Shown: piece after piece, positions 35,960 to 48,630 of the stretch
Layout: the number at the start of each line of letters is the position of its first letter
How positions within the stretch are numbered: position 1 is the stretch's first letter
Position numbers and translations under genes: made by a program
The notes under the pieces: generated by a model
The model's database searches: none
What the model saw: the letters and a program-made list of their open reading frames with translations, nothing else
What the model was told of the DNA's origin: nothing
DNA from: Takakia lepidozioides
Taxonomy: Eukaryota; Plantae; Bryophyta
NCBI GenBank assembly: GCA_030704615.1
Contig: CM060732.1
Coordinates: 57,288,001-57,352,000 of the forward strand
Length of the DNA: 64,000 bases
Direction: 5' to 3'

Positions 35960-38742
35960 CGTTCCAGGCTTCAACTCTGCCCCTGGAGAATAACTGATGA
36001 CTTTATTACGCGCATCATCCCTGTTGAAATGACGTTGAATTATACACATGTAACTTAAGGTCCCCTGAGACCTTATAATTATTTTGTCAACCTTGAAGTT
36101 TATTGAAGATCAGCAGCTGGGAGAGATCCGAAATCTAAAAGTTCACGGTTTCGTTGTTCGGAGAAACAGCTGGTGCTTGTAACTGCTTCTCGATGACCTA
36201 GCTAGATTCATGTGTGGGTTCTCCTTATCCTATGGACTAGTTAGGCCAGCTGATCATCAGCTGCGGGGTCCTGTGATCCTTTACGATTCTAAGGATGCTT
36301 TTCGAAATGTCTCAAATGACATTTATGTGTCATAGTTGCTTCTCACCCCATGGATGATGCAGGGTGAGGTGGTGGTTGGCAACAAATGTACCAAGGAATA
36401 TAGCATAGTGCGCCGGCGCATTGGCCTGGACACACGTACTCTTCCTACTGAAGAGCGTTGAGCAGGGTAGCTCTATGAATCGCGTGTAAATAATTTCCAA
36501 AGCTGGCCATGGCATGAAGATTGAATAAATTTTTCTATGTATCTGTTCGTCTACTTGTACTCTCTCTCACCATACTTTTCAGTTGAAGATGCCAAGATAA
36601 GTGTTCCGGCGCCCGCATTGAAGTTCTGTTTTGCATTCAAGCTTTGTTTTCCCACTTGCAAGCAAATTAGAGCCTTAAGAGATTGGATTTCTGGTAAGAA
36701 CCGAAGACAGGGGGATCGGGATGGATCTGTAAGGCATGCGGAGGAATCGAGTAGCGAGAGAATGCAGAGGCTTGAACGACTTGTGGGCCTTGAATGACAA
36801 CAAAGAAAAAAAATCCAAAGAGAAACCAATCTGTAGACATGCTTAAATTCAGTTCTGGGCAAGAGGAGACAATGACACTGGCCAGGAAAGGAAACTAACC
36901 CTGGCTGTGGCCCAATTCATTGACCAGCCCTCCAGCTCCGTTCAATTTATCTCCAATACGTGTAGTGGGAGTCTGGAGACAACCACGATTGAATTCTCAC
37001 TTAATATCAGTACTACATGATCAGTTGCTGGCCAGCCAATTGACCATGCTACCCCGAGTTTCACCTAGGGTCCTGACCATGATATTAATTCATGTGCCCT
37101 CCTCACCACTTCCTGCTTGCTTCCTTGCAAAATACTTGGAAGTACATTGTCTGCTCTCTCCTATCTTTCATGAGTGGGACAGAGCCCCCCTTGTGGATGA
37201 TTGCTGGATTGTGTCCCGAAAAAGATATCAATAATTTCCAACGAAGTGAGTACTCATCTATGCCTCGCCACAACTGACGGCAGCAATCGTTGACAAGAAA
37301 CATCCCAAGGCTTCAATTTTAATTGTGCTTTGATCATCAGCTGTGCTTTTCACAGTTAGAACTACAGAACGCCCCCAGATACAAGGTCCCATGAAGGAAC
37401 TTGATGGTCTTTCGGCTTTTTACACTTAGAAACATGAAGTGTGTTCACTACTCTGATCAGTCTCTTGTTCACCTGAGGCCCACCATCTTTTGCTCTCCAG
37501 CATCAACCTGCTAAGATTTCTGTTTCCAGAAATACATTCCATACTGCATCCTCAATGTGCTATTTCACGCAGCCCCATAGGGCAAATAGCTTTTCTCTTC
37601 AGCGCAATCAATCCATTAATGCCATTGCCTTACATTGCATTTCAATCATGCAATATGGTGCAACACATGTCATATGACTTTATCTGACCATTGTGATGCT
37701 CCCTGGATATTACCACATCTCACCTCACATCCATGAATCTCCACAACCCAACTGACACAGCACATCCCCCTTTCTCCATCACAGAACTCTCATAAGATAC
37801 CCAACAGACTTTACCAGCCTCAATCAATACCTGCTTGCAGGATGTTAGAATCCCCTCAAATTGTTTCTACACCAACATCTCATAAGCAATCCTTTTGCAT
37901 CAAGTTTCTTACCTGAAATGGTATCTTAACTAGCAAAATCTTGGAATATATCCATTTGATGAGTGTGGAGTAAACTGCAGACTTATAGTTGAAAGGTACA
38001 TAAAAGTACCCTCTTAACGTTATAAGGGTCACCCTGTATATAACTAGCAAAATCTTAAGAGTACCTTTTCAAATGCGCAAGTGAGGAAGGTTGACAAGGT
38101 TTCACCCCTCAACTCCCAACACATCCTGGCTCCAGGTAGGTCATAGTAACTGAAGTTCACTGTCTATGAATGGTGTTCAACTGTATTGGTACAAATCAAA
38201 GCAATGAAGAGGATCCATCACAGCTTGTTTATGTGGTACTCACAGGATCAAAGGCCTCAAAGGCCTGCAGCAAGTAAGAGACACTTAGGCCACGCTTGGA
38301 GTGCTTGAACCTTGCAGCAACTGTGGAAAGACTCACGAACACGACAAATGTTAAGATGGCACTTGCATAAACCTTAATAATTCTGCATATATAGGATCAT
38401 TTGCACCAAAACATGCCAACAACTGGCACAAGAATAGGATTTCACTTAAACGCCTGATTCTTGTATGAAGTAACTATGGATTAAGTGGCCCAGGAGGAAG
38501 GGGTAGAAAGCAGTGGGGGTGTCAAAGGCACCTAAGGAGAATAAACATTTGCTTTCAAGTTGTGCAAGGTTAGCCAACTCATTTGCAGATACCCTTTGAA
38601 GACTGGCTCTGTACCCTTGAGGGTCTCCCCACTGTATGCTAACCCTCCCACAGGGCTACGAGTGGTATCATGTCTCATCCCAGAAATGCAAAACAGATGA
38701 GACATGGCTGGGATCGCAACAGTAGAGAGCTGACACTTACCC

Positions 38743-40045
38743 TCAAACAAAGGCATCCAGTCTTGGGGGAAAGGGGAACCCAAGCCATGCCACAGAGCTA
38801 TGGTTGGGACCCTTGTAGAACTTGTCCAGCCAGTGCCATGACCCTTGCTCTTTTGTGAAATCGTAAAGCAAAACATTCCTCAGAGCCGGGCTTGAAAAGC
38901 ACATGTAATCGCCAACCCCAGTGCACTCAAAATTGGAGAACCCCTGCTTGAATAGCTGGTTGAAGGGCTTCGCAGGCATGTGTGTCAGTTTCTTCCACTC
39001 CCTGTTTTTGTGATTGTACTCCCATATACGAAGGCTCCAAGATGTACGGTTTTTGATTGCACCGGCCATTAGCAGATGTCCCTGATGAAACAACCAAATC
39101 CATTATGAACCTTCCTTGACATGGAAGAAACTGAGTTGAGGTCACAGAATTAAACGTGGAGGAACCAGGCTAGATTCAGCTTAATGAGAAAATCGACGAA
39201 GCCTAGTCCTATGTTATCAAATTGCTCGGCATGAAGGCAAACTCACCCCGATATACATTCGATGGCAACGGGTTTCCAGGGTTCAAGAATCACACCTTGC
39301 GCTCTGCGAGATGCGGGGATGCCACTGGTAATGCTCCCTCGGGAACAGGTATTTCCCTCCAGTGCTTTCGCTCAATATCGAATGACATGATGGACTGTAG
39401 GTAACAAATTTCAAATGGAGCATTTGGCCGTGGGTGGATCAAGAAGTAGAAGACCCCATTCAAGAAGAAAGCTTTGGCGGGCCTTCGAGGCGCCTTACCC
39501 ACCACTTTCCAGCGATCGGTCCTGGAATCGTAAAGCTCCATGGACGAGTCATACTGTGGAGAATTTTGTATATCGGCCCCAGTTGCAAGGATCTTGTAGT
39601 GCTTTCTGTCCTTATCTTCAAAAAAACATACCAGAGGATCGACGCGCTTGCGCAGCATATGGGGCAACCTTCTTGAGGTTTTGGTCAGAGGATTACAGAC
39701 ACAAATTGTCCCCTCTTCCGTACCAGTAATGCAGAGCAAACCACCAGCCCCGGCAACCGGATGCAAGAAATCGTCCGGGAGGTAATCCAGCGGCACAGAA
39801 CACCACGTATTCAGAATTGGGTTGTATGGAAACACCCCATTCCAGCTAAACCCGTAGTCCAAGAGCATGATCCATTCTTCCCGGTTAGGTATTTCTGCCC
39901 TCAATTCAAGAAACGCGGGCGTGAATGGCAGTGCATTCCATCGTCTACACACCACTCGAAAGTGGAAGAATCTGTGCACCGGCAGTTGTGCCAGCACCCT
40001 GTCCATGATCGCATCTGGCAGCAAAGCCCATACTCTTGGATCCAT
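38743..40045 (-). CDS. F-box/kelch-like beta-propeller protein, 2 exons (40045-39296, 39081-38743), 362 aa
   Basis: F-box WALLPDAIMDRVLAQLP...FRVVCRRWN; GGLLC...CVCNPLTK..RRLP; ELYDSRTDRW; C-terminal GFPFPPRLD as in the UFO/HWS-like clade. In-frame GT-AG intron. Confidence 0.92.
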
Positions 40046-41174
40046 GCCAGCTTTATCTATCTAGGCTGCCACCATCTCCTTCTCCAACAAAAATTCCCCT
40101 CACCCAACCTCTTTGTTGTTCAGCCCATATACCTCACCATCACCTCCTTAACTCAACTTCAATGCTTCTTGAAATTTAAAGCCCACAACGAAAGAGGTTG
40201 TCAAGAGCTCTCACAGACTCTCAAGAAACACTCACCTACACAAAGAAGGGAGACAGGTATTCTCTAGTCGATGAACGTTTCTGTCTCAGGTCTGAGTGAT
40301 CATCCGCATACTGTACAAGTAAGAGGTGCACCAATCATAAAGCGATCACTGACATTCTTTGCTTTGCCTACAGTGCAAGTGAGACTGTGCACTGGTCAGC
40401 AGAGCTTTTACTTTATACCGCCCACCTAAAGGTCAAACTCCACACCCACCTGCCCACCCCAGATTGGGCTCCATAGCTTAGTTCCTCGTATCCCGTCTTT
40501 ACATAAAGACGATGAACAAGGAGCTAGCTAGGAGACAACAACATGAGAGGGAGATAAGTTGACAACACAAGTCTGTCAATGTGATTTTGAGCTCTCTCTC
40601 TTATTCTCTATTGTATATGCTTCTCTCTCGATTTCGTTTGGTCCTGTATCGTCACTTTGAGTGGCAATTCGCCTAGTCAGTGAAGTAGGTTAGCCATGAG
40701 TGGAACGGGCAAGCGGGGGACAACTGGCGCACATGTATCAGACCGAACAAGCGCGGTCTACAGTCAGACCGAATCTTGAGCTTCTCTCAGGCGAGAATTT
40801 CCTAGATGCTCGTTCCTTTCTTTTTTACCTTTCTCTGTGCGCGAGCAAATCCAGGATAGGTGGTGGGTCTTGACTCTTGAGAGTTGAGCTTGACTCTTGA
40901 GAGTTGAGAGGGGACTGGAGGTTGTGCATACGTGTGATTCGGGGAGGAGGGGCCAGGTGTTGGAGAGGCTATAGAAAGTAAACAAGGATATACTGGTACA
41001 CTTCCCTACGCGGTACACAATCTCTCTGTCGGAGGTTACAGAATCCGGAGAGAAGCCACGGTTCCAAGGTTCCAGTTAACTGCCGAACGTACCACACTGC
41101 CTGATGTATCAAGGAAACTTGAGCTTGTGGATTGACAGACCATTTCGGAAAGATCTTGGAGATCTGTGGACAAT

Positions 41175-43023
41175 ATGTTGATCGAACCAAGCTCGGAGTT
41201 TCATGGAGTCCACGTTGTCGTCTTCCCTTTCCCGGCACAAGGCCACACTGGCCCAGCCTTTCAACTTTCGAAGATCTTGGCCAGATATGGCGTCACTGTT
41301 ACCTTCGTCAGCGTGACCCCAAGTCTGGCTAGTGCGAGACAGATTTTGTTTGAAGATCCAGGATTCCAATCACGCAACATGATCCGCTTGGTAGCTCTTG
41401 ATGTCCCTGAGGAATTATGTGGTCGGGACTTCACTCTTGCAAAGTTCCACGACTTAAGACTGATCACAGATAACATGAACGGAGTATTTGAAGACCTCAT
41501 AAGGTCATTGGTGGAGTCAGCTGAAGCTTCCGAATTACCCGGCCCTCCTACTTGCATCATTTCTGATATGTTTTTGGGTTGGACTCAGGTATCAGCTCGG
41601 AACCGAGCAAGTCGTGACATTGTTTCTCTGAAGATTCTACAATGTGTAGATCAAGTTGTCCGTAAGGATTTTGATATCCATATTTATGAACTCTCTTGAA
41701 CTCTCCCCCTCCGACGATCGATGAGTGTGCATCTCTCTCTCTGTCTCTCTGTCTCTCTCATAACACGTTCCGTTGAGGGAATTGCATGGGGTGCAGGATA
41801 TAGCCAACAAGTTTCAAATACCCAGATATTGTCTGTTTTCGTCGCCAGCGCTATTTCTTTCATTAATGTGTCACCTTCCCAGTTTTGAAGCGCAGGGCCT
41901 AATCCCTGTTAAGTCCGATGCGAAGCCCTTGATCATTCCAGGTTTCCCTCCAATTATGTATGGTGATTTGGCGGATTCCCTTTTGGAGACTGGAATAAAG
42001 AAGAACAGAGACTTCCTCGTGTATCATTCAAAGCGGTTACTGGAAGCTGCTGGAATACTCGTGAATAGTGTTTATGAAGTGGAATATGAAGTTATTGAAG
42101 GCTTACGGAACACACTTTCTAGCGATTCAAAGTTGACCCAGGTGGATTGGCATCTCTACAAATACCGTGCAATTAGTTCTTGATTTCTTTCTTTTGGCTT
42201 GGCCAGTCTGCTCTTTCCCTGTTTTCCAAACTACCGGTCGCACAGTCTTGGCTTAACATGTCCAAAATGATCATGTGATTTTTGGCAGGTACCGAGCGTC
42301 TTGACAATCGGCCCTTTGATGGATGGCATCAACAGCGGCATTCGCGAAAACATCACAAAGGTGACTCCAAAAGGGGATGAGTGCTTAGAATGGTTGAACA
42401 GACATCCTCCGTCATCTGTTCTCTATATTGCCTTTGGAACCGTAGCACTACTCACTGCCACACAGATTGATCAGCTAGCTCTTGGACTCGAAGCCAGTGG
42501 GCAACGTTTTCTTTGGGTTCTGAGAGCCCCTGCCATTACGCAAGGATCGGAATCGATTCCCCAAGTCTGGGATTTCCTCCCCGCAGGTTTCGTGGAAAGA
42601 ACAAAGGACAGGGGTCTAGTTTTCTCAAACTGGGCGCCACAGCTCCATATCCTGGGCCACCCTGCCGTTGGAGCTTTCCTAACCCACTGTGGATGGAATT
42701 CCGCAATGGAAAGCATTCTGATTGGTGTGCCGATGATAGCATGGCCAATGATAGCTGACCAGATGATGAATGCACGGCTCATCGTGGATGTTCGCAAGAT
42801 TGGAGTCGGAGTTCACAGGCAAGGATATGGAGCGCATGCGTTGCTTGCAAAAGAGGAGATCGAGAGGGCGATCAGGCTGTTGATGCAAGACGAGCATACA
42901 GATGGCGTAAGGAAGAAGGTCGGGGAGGCGAGCAGGACGGTGGAGAGAGCGGTGGCCGTCGGTGGATCGTCCCACACCAATTTGCACCTGTTTTTGAATT
43001 CCCTCCGTCCAACAAAACACTAA
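41175..43023 (+). CDS. UGT: Family-1 UDP-glycosyltransferase, 3 exons (41175-41588, 41797-42141, 42289-43023), 497 aa
   Basis: HVVVFPFPAQGH (catalytic His), CIISDMF (catalytic Asp), CLEWL...SVLYIAFGT, and a full PSPG box WAPQLHILGHPAVGAFLTHCGWNSAMESILIGVPMIAWPMIADQ. Two phase-0 GT-AG introns. Confidence 0.96.
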
Positions 43024-45110
43024 CACGTCACAAGACGGATTTTTTATATTATTTGTTTTTGTAATTTTTGTATTTTTGTATTTTTATTTTTTTTGCAGAA
43101 CAGGGGACAGAGGCCTTGGGGACCTCTCATTTTAAGATAATAGGGTCTTCAATGGGCATGTGCGATGTGGCCGGTGGGCGGGCCCACCGACCCCAGCACC
43201 CGGCCCGCCCAGCCGCGGGCGTGGCTGCAGCAACCGCGCCCCCGTCCGCCACGCGGTCAGTCCCGCCCATGAGTCCGCTGCCCTCCAGTCTGCCAGTCTG
43301 CTGCCCAGCAGTCTGTCAGTCCGGTGCTGGCCAGTCCGCTGACGGCGCAGGATCGTCACCGTCAATTCCCGTAACCCATCCGAGCCCTCCATTTTTAGGG
43401 CTGCAAAAATGGCAATGATCTTTCTACCAAATCCCGGCCGCTCTCTTTTGACGGTTGTTTGTTGTCCGATGTTGCGGTAGGCATTTCCATGCACGCGACT
43501 GTTCTTCTTTTGCGCGCGATGTTCATGATGATGATGAAGCGTGTGCTTGAACATGAGAGGACTGTCTCGGCACTACAGCCACCATCGTGGATATGCTTCC
43601 ACTATTTTTGCCTTCTTGTTGTGCTTTCGGGAACCTTCGTTTTATGGTTTGGTTCTATGTCATAAATGGAAAATGCGGACATCTGTCGTCGATAACGTCC
43701 TCTGCTTGTGATCCGTCATGATACGTTTAGCCCCTTCGTACTGCATCCCTCATGAGAGCCTTCACAAGTTTAGTTCGTTAAAGAAACCCATGGGTAACAT
43801 GGGCGCGAAAATGGCGGAAGCGTATACACATGGGGGCGTGTATTGCAGATTTCGTATCGGACGATGGGATTGTTTATGTGACCAAGTATAGCGGCTTGCA
43901 TCCGTCGTGCATAAGTTGTGGAAAAGGGTGGAGAATCTGAAGAAACCCAGCTTTGTGATGGATCTACATGGTATTATATAAGGGATGGCAACACAAAAAA
44001 GCAATTCGAGTCGTCACGGAACACCATCCAGTCCTAAGGTCCTCAAACATCCACACGCACCTGCTGAATGCAGATGTCTGAGCCACGACGGGAGATGTCT
44101 GAGACAATTGCATCTGCAAATGCGCGTGGATGTTTGAGGTCCGTTGTGTCGCGAGTCTGTTCACAGTGGGTCCGCTGGCCCGTCAGTGCTCCGGATATTC
44201 CCCTTATCGCGTGCATAACAGTCAGTTTGGAGGCGGTCTGCTGGAAGTCCGTCTGTTGGGATATCAGTCTGTTGCACTTGTGAATTTGTCAGTCTGTTGT
44301 GTCGGAAGTCTGTTGCACTAAGTCTGTTTGACTTCTTATTTTCCCTCCGGTCAGTCTTTTGGCTTGTTCTCCCGCCAGTCTGGCGAAACGTCCGTCTGCT
44401 GGACAATTCTCCTCTATGGATATCAGTCTGTTGGACTGTGCATACATTAGTCTGTTGTGTCGCGAGTCTGTTCGCAATGGGTGTGTTCGACTTTCCTGTT
44501 CTCCCCTTACCCTCTTTTGTCTTCATTCCGCTAGCAGGGAAGTGCCTCCAATATGAAGCCGCTTCGCCTCAGCAAAGCGAATAGTCCGCTGGACTGGCGG
44601 TCCGCTGGACTCTCGGCCCGATGGGAAATGAGTCTGTTGCACTTGCGAGGACCGTGGATGAATTTAGTACGATGCGTTCGTTTGGTGGACGTATTCAATG
44701 CGATGACGGCGGATAGTTGGCGCCTGTGAAATCGCACCACGTTGGCAGTGCCATGCCCGCTTTCCCCCTTCTACTTCTACTTCTTCTCATGTTCCCTGTG
44801 CAATCGACTCCATTCTCTTCGCGCCTGTTTCTTCGCACTGTTTTGCACTGTTTTGTTTTCCTCTTTGCGTTTCCATCACCATAACGAAAGACGGCCGTTC
44901 TTCCCCAGGTGTGGAGAGTCGTGATGAGCCGCGAAGCGTCGCAAACACGCTCGCCTTCATAACAACTCGAAATTCATCGGCTCGGTGAGGTTCTCACTTG
45001 CTACGGTGTTTCCATTCCATTCTGTGTCCTCTTCTTGCTTAGGGTGAGTCTTTTCATAGGACTTCTATTTGTCGCTCATTGTCCTTGCACCCTCGTTTCA
45101 TTCTGCAGCG

Positions 45111-48100
45111 ATGGAGGATGCTTGTGAAAAGGGTGGAGCGGACTGGGTGGATTTTGTGCACCAAACCAGACTGAAGAAGGAGCGAAGGTACTGGTACTCA
45201 CCAAACAAGTTTGATCATAAAATAGTGGAAGCATTTGTAGACCTCCGCGCCCGGAAGCCCAAAAACTCGAATTGGCAGAAGGACAAGCTCTTATGTCCCT
45301 TCTGTGAAGAGGTTATCAAGGACAAAATCCAACTAAATCGGCATTGTGTTGACACGGGTTGCAAGGAGACTGTTGCAATGATTCCACGGGATTTCAAGCC
45401 TTGGCCGATACTGAAAGAAATGTCGATTTTCAAAGAGGCCACAATGCGCTTGCGCGGATCAGTGCTTGACCCCCGCACTTTGGAATTAGACGAAGTCCGC
45501 GCACGGTATGGCGTCCATTCTGGTGGCCCGTCAATGGAGGATTTGCAAGTGCAGGGAACGCCGGATGCTGCCAGAAAACGTAAACTGAGTGATGGGGCCC
45601 AAAAAAAGGAGAGGCAAAAAAAGGAGAAGGCTGCAAGGTCTGCTCGCGAGGCAAGGGCAAAATCCACACAACAGACTAAACCCCATCCTGGGCGGCAGAC
45701 CCACACCATCAGTACTGATACTGAAAGTGAATTTGCTCAGGGCCTGGAAGGGGTGACAAGTCTAGTGGACATTGACTTGCCTGACCAGACTCGGCAGCAG
45801 ACTCACACAAATATCGCGACCCATGCCATCGATTTAGGGTCAAAACCAAAAACTCAACAGAGCACTGAAGGGCCAGTCTGCCCTGGCACATTGCGCCTCA
45901 TTGACTTTGGGCTTTTCCCACCAGAGTGCCCACCAATCGGGGATCCAGACTTCTTCCGTTATTTCTATAGAGTTGCCCAGTCAGGTCTGCTACGCACATT
46001 CATCCGACAGGCGGAACAGAAGTGGTTGAACAGCTTTGAAGATGAAGATGACGATGATGAAGTAGAGGAGGTAATGGTCAGTCTGACCGCCCAGTCTGTT
46101 CTCTGTGCTGTTTGAGTCCATCATCGGGGTCACGTTGCCTATTCAGTCTGGTCAGTCCGCTGCGTTCTCTCCTCAGTCCGCTGGCTCACTCCGCTCGTCA
46201 GTTAGTTTGTTTTATATTGCTGCATTACTTACTAAGTCCGTTTGTCAGTCCGCTGGTACAGCCTACAAGTTGCCTCCACCCTACGTACGCACGTTACGTC
46301 TGTCAGTCTGCTGGTCTGTGAGTCCAGTCCGCTGCATGAGGTGAATATAGAGTCCACGTCCAAGTTCTTGACGTCCAAGTTCTGTGCGTGTACCCAGGAT
46401 GAACGTGTTTCTATTCGTAGGGCCATTCAGGCTTGGCGGATACCTAGCAATGATGCTCATTTACAAGCGACTGCAGTGCGTGCGGAAGTGGACCGCGTGC
46501 GAGAGTATATATTATTGAAGTATCCTGGGTCATCTGCTGCTATAGCGGCATTACATATTGAAGACGCGTCGGGGGGGAATGCGTCTGGGACAGCCGAGTC
46601 TGCCATCCAGCAGACTCCCATTCAGCAGGCCGTTATCCAGCAGACTCCCGTTCAGCAGCCTGTCATCCAGCAGACTCCAACGGAGCAGACTCCCAACGAG
46701 CAACCTGTCATCTTGCAGACTTCTCTCCAAGAGCCCATCATGCAGCCCATGCCAATGGGAAGTCTTGTCATCCAACAGACTGCGGACCAGCAGACTGACC
46801 TGCAGACTGCCTTTCTCTCACATAGCACGGCGTTTTTTGCAGTTTGGCGATCGCCATCACCGGTAATTCGACCCGGAGCTGAAGACCTCACACTTCCCCG
46901 GCTTAGGGTGGGAGAAAATTAATCCCCATTTGGATTGGCATAATAAGCTCCACCGGATTGTTGCGGACCGCCGGTGGTCATTTGTACCCTTTCATTATTC
47001 CATGGAGTTTTCTATTGAGGAAGCCAACCATGTTCTGGAAGCCGCCTTTGCTGTTGCCATTGAAGCCACAAGCGTCCAAAATGCGCCGCCTCTACTTGTG
47101 CAGCTGATTCTCATGGATGACCCACGGCCTGAAGACCTCAGAACATATTCCTATGGCACATCCAACCTTTGGGGTGCGAAGAAAGCACTTGTTTGGATTG
47201 ACTGAGGAGGACTTTGAGCGCATGGCAGCTTCCTTCCTACAACACAGATGGATGCAATTTGGCAATTTCCGCTCATACAACAAGTTGATGAAGGATCTGC
47301 ATAGTTTGAGGATGGACTTACTCCATGGAACAGACCATTCACAAAAGTTTGTGGTGGATGACGCATTGCACTGGTTTGCATTGGTGATGGAGCGAGCAGT
47401 ATTCGACATTGTTTTGCAGAATCCCAATGTCTTCAAAGTCATGTGGTGTGGGATCCCAACTGAAGACCGCATCGGCGCCATTGCTCATCTCGATGGGGCA
47501 TGCCTGTGCCGGAAAATCAAGGACATTGGCCTCGTCGGAAATCTCTTGGAAGGTAAAATGCTATGGGCAACTTTCGTGTTTCAGCTCAATTTCTTTTGCC
47601 AACTTTTTTAGAAGTTCACATTTGCATAAACATGTGTTGCAAGGCGAGTTGATCTGGGAGACAGGCTGCTTTCGACTCTTTTGCCAGAAGTGCAAGGGAC
47701 CTTGTCCTGGCTTTACAAGGAGTTCGGGAGACTGTCCAGCAGACTGGCCACAAGAATGTCCAACAACATATTCCCCACGACACATGTGGGCAGACTGCCC
47801 AAGTGCTGGAGACCGTGCTGGACGAATTTCTGCTGAGTTCTCAACAACATGGTTTTGGATCTGCCAGAGTGTTTTGACCGAGTCCACTTTTCCCCCAGGC
47901 ACATTCGCTGACGACGTCATCAGGTCACCGGTAAAGCATTCTTATCCAGCTCCCCGTGGCCTGCCTTCTATGATCTTCCAGCTTAGTCCCGTTTTCGTGC
48001 GCTCAGTGGCGAAAGCCATAGATGAGTTACGTGATGACCGAACTCAATCTGGGAACGCAAAACCGTATCATAGATCTTACAGAAGAGTCTGAGGAAGCAA

Positions 48101-48630
48101 TTGCCGGTGGGTCTTCCATACATGTTCTTAATGTTTCCCAAGTCCATGGAGATCCGAACACCCAGCCGGCTGTCCACCAGACTGACCAGCACACTGAACA
48201 GTGGACACATGGAAGGACTGCCGAGCAACCTGTGGCGGGGCAGCATACTGTCTTCATTGATGAGGAGACTGAACCGCAGACTAACTAGCAGACTGCACAG
48301 GTCACAGATGGAAAGACTGACCAAGATGGCTCGGAGCGGCAGACTGCACAGCTCAGCTCTGACTACACAGTTCAGACTGCACGGCCTGACCAGCACACTG
48401 CACACTTCACAGAGGGAAGGACTGACGACCAACCTGCCACCGAGCACACTGCCCACATTGAGGAAGAGACTGAACCGCAGAGTTGCCAACAGACTACACA
48501 GTTCACAGACGAAAGGACTGACGAAGAACCGGCGGCCGAGCAGACTGCCCACATTGAGCAACAGACTGAACATGCTGGCAGGCACACTGACAAGGAACCA
48601 CATGCAACGCAGACACCATCTGGTATAGCG
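45111..48630 (+). pseudogene. Second, convergent gene of element A, uncharacterised, multi-exon, partly disrupted
   Basis: Long first ORF from ATG 45111 with CPFC-x12-H-x5-C zinc-finger-like motif, basic NLS-like stretch (ARKRKL) and acidic tract. Later pieces contain QQTP repeats, Cys-rich segments and a ~204-bp repeat. A diverged paralogue at 56520-58060 conserves peptide blocks. Confidence 0.65.

Noticed and set aside
43068-43418. Ala/Pro-rich ORFs at 43068-43418, 54533-55112 and 55131-55472
   Set aside because: These are GC-rich TIR sequences that lack stops for compositional reasons.
47983-48628. Long Leu/Ser/Arg-rich ORFs (also 59231-59660 and 63574-63975)
   Set aside because: Alternative or antisense frames of the CAGACT-based repeats.
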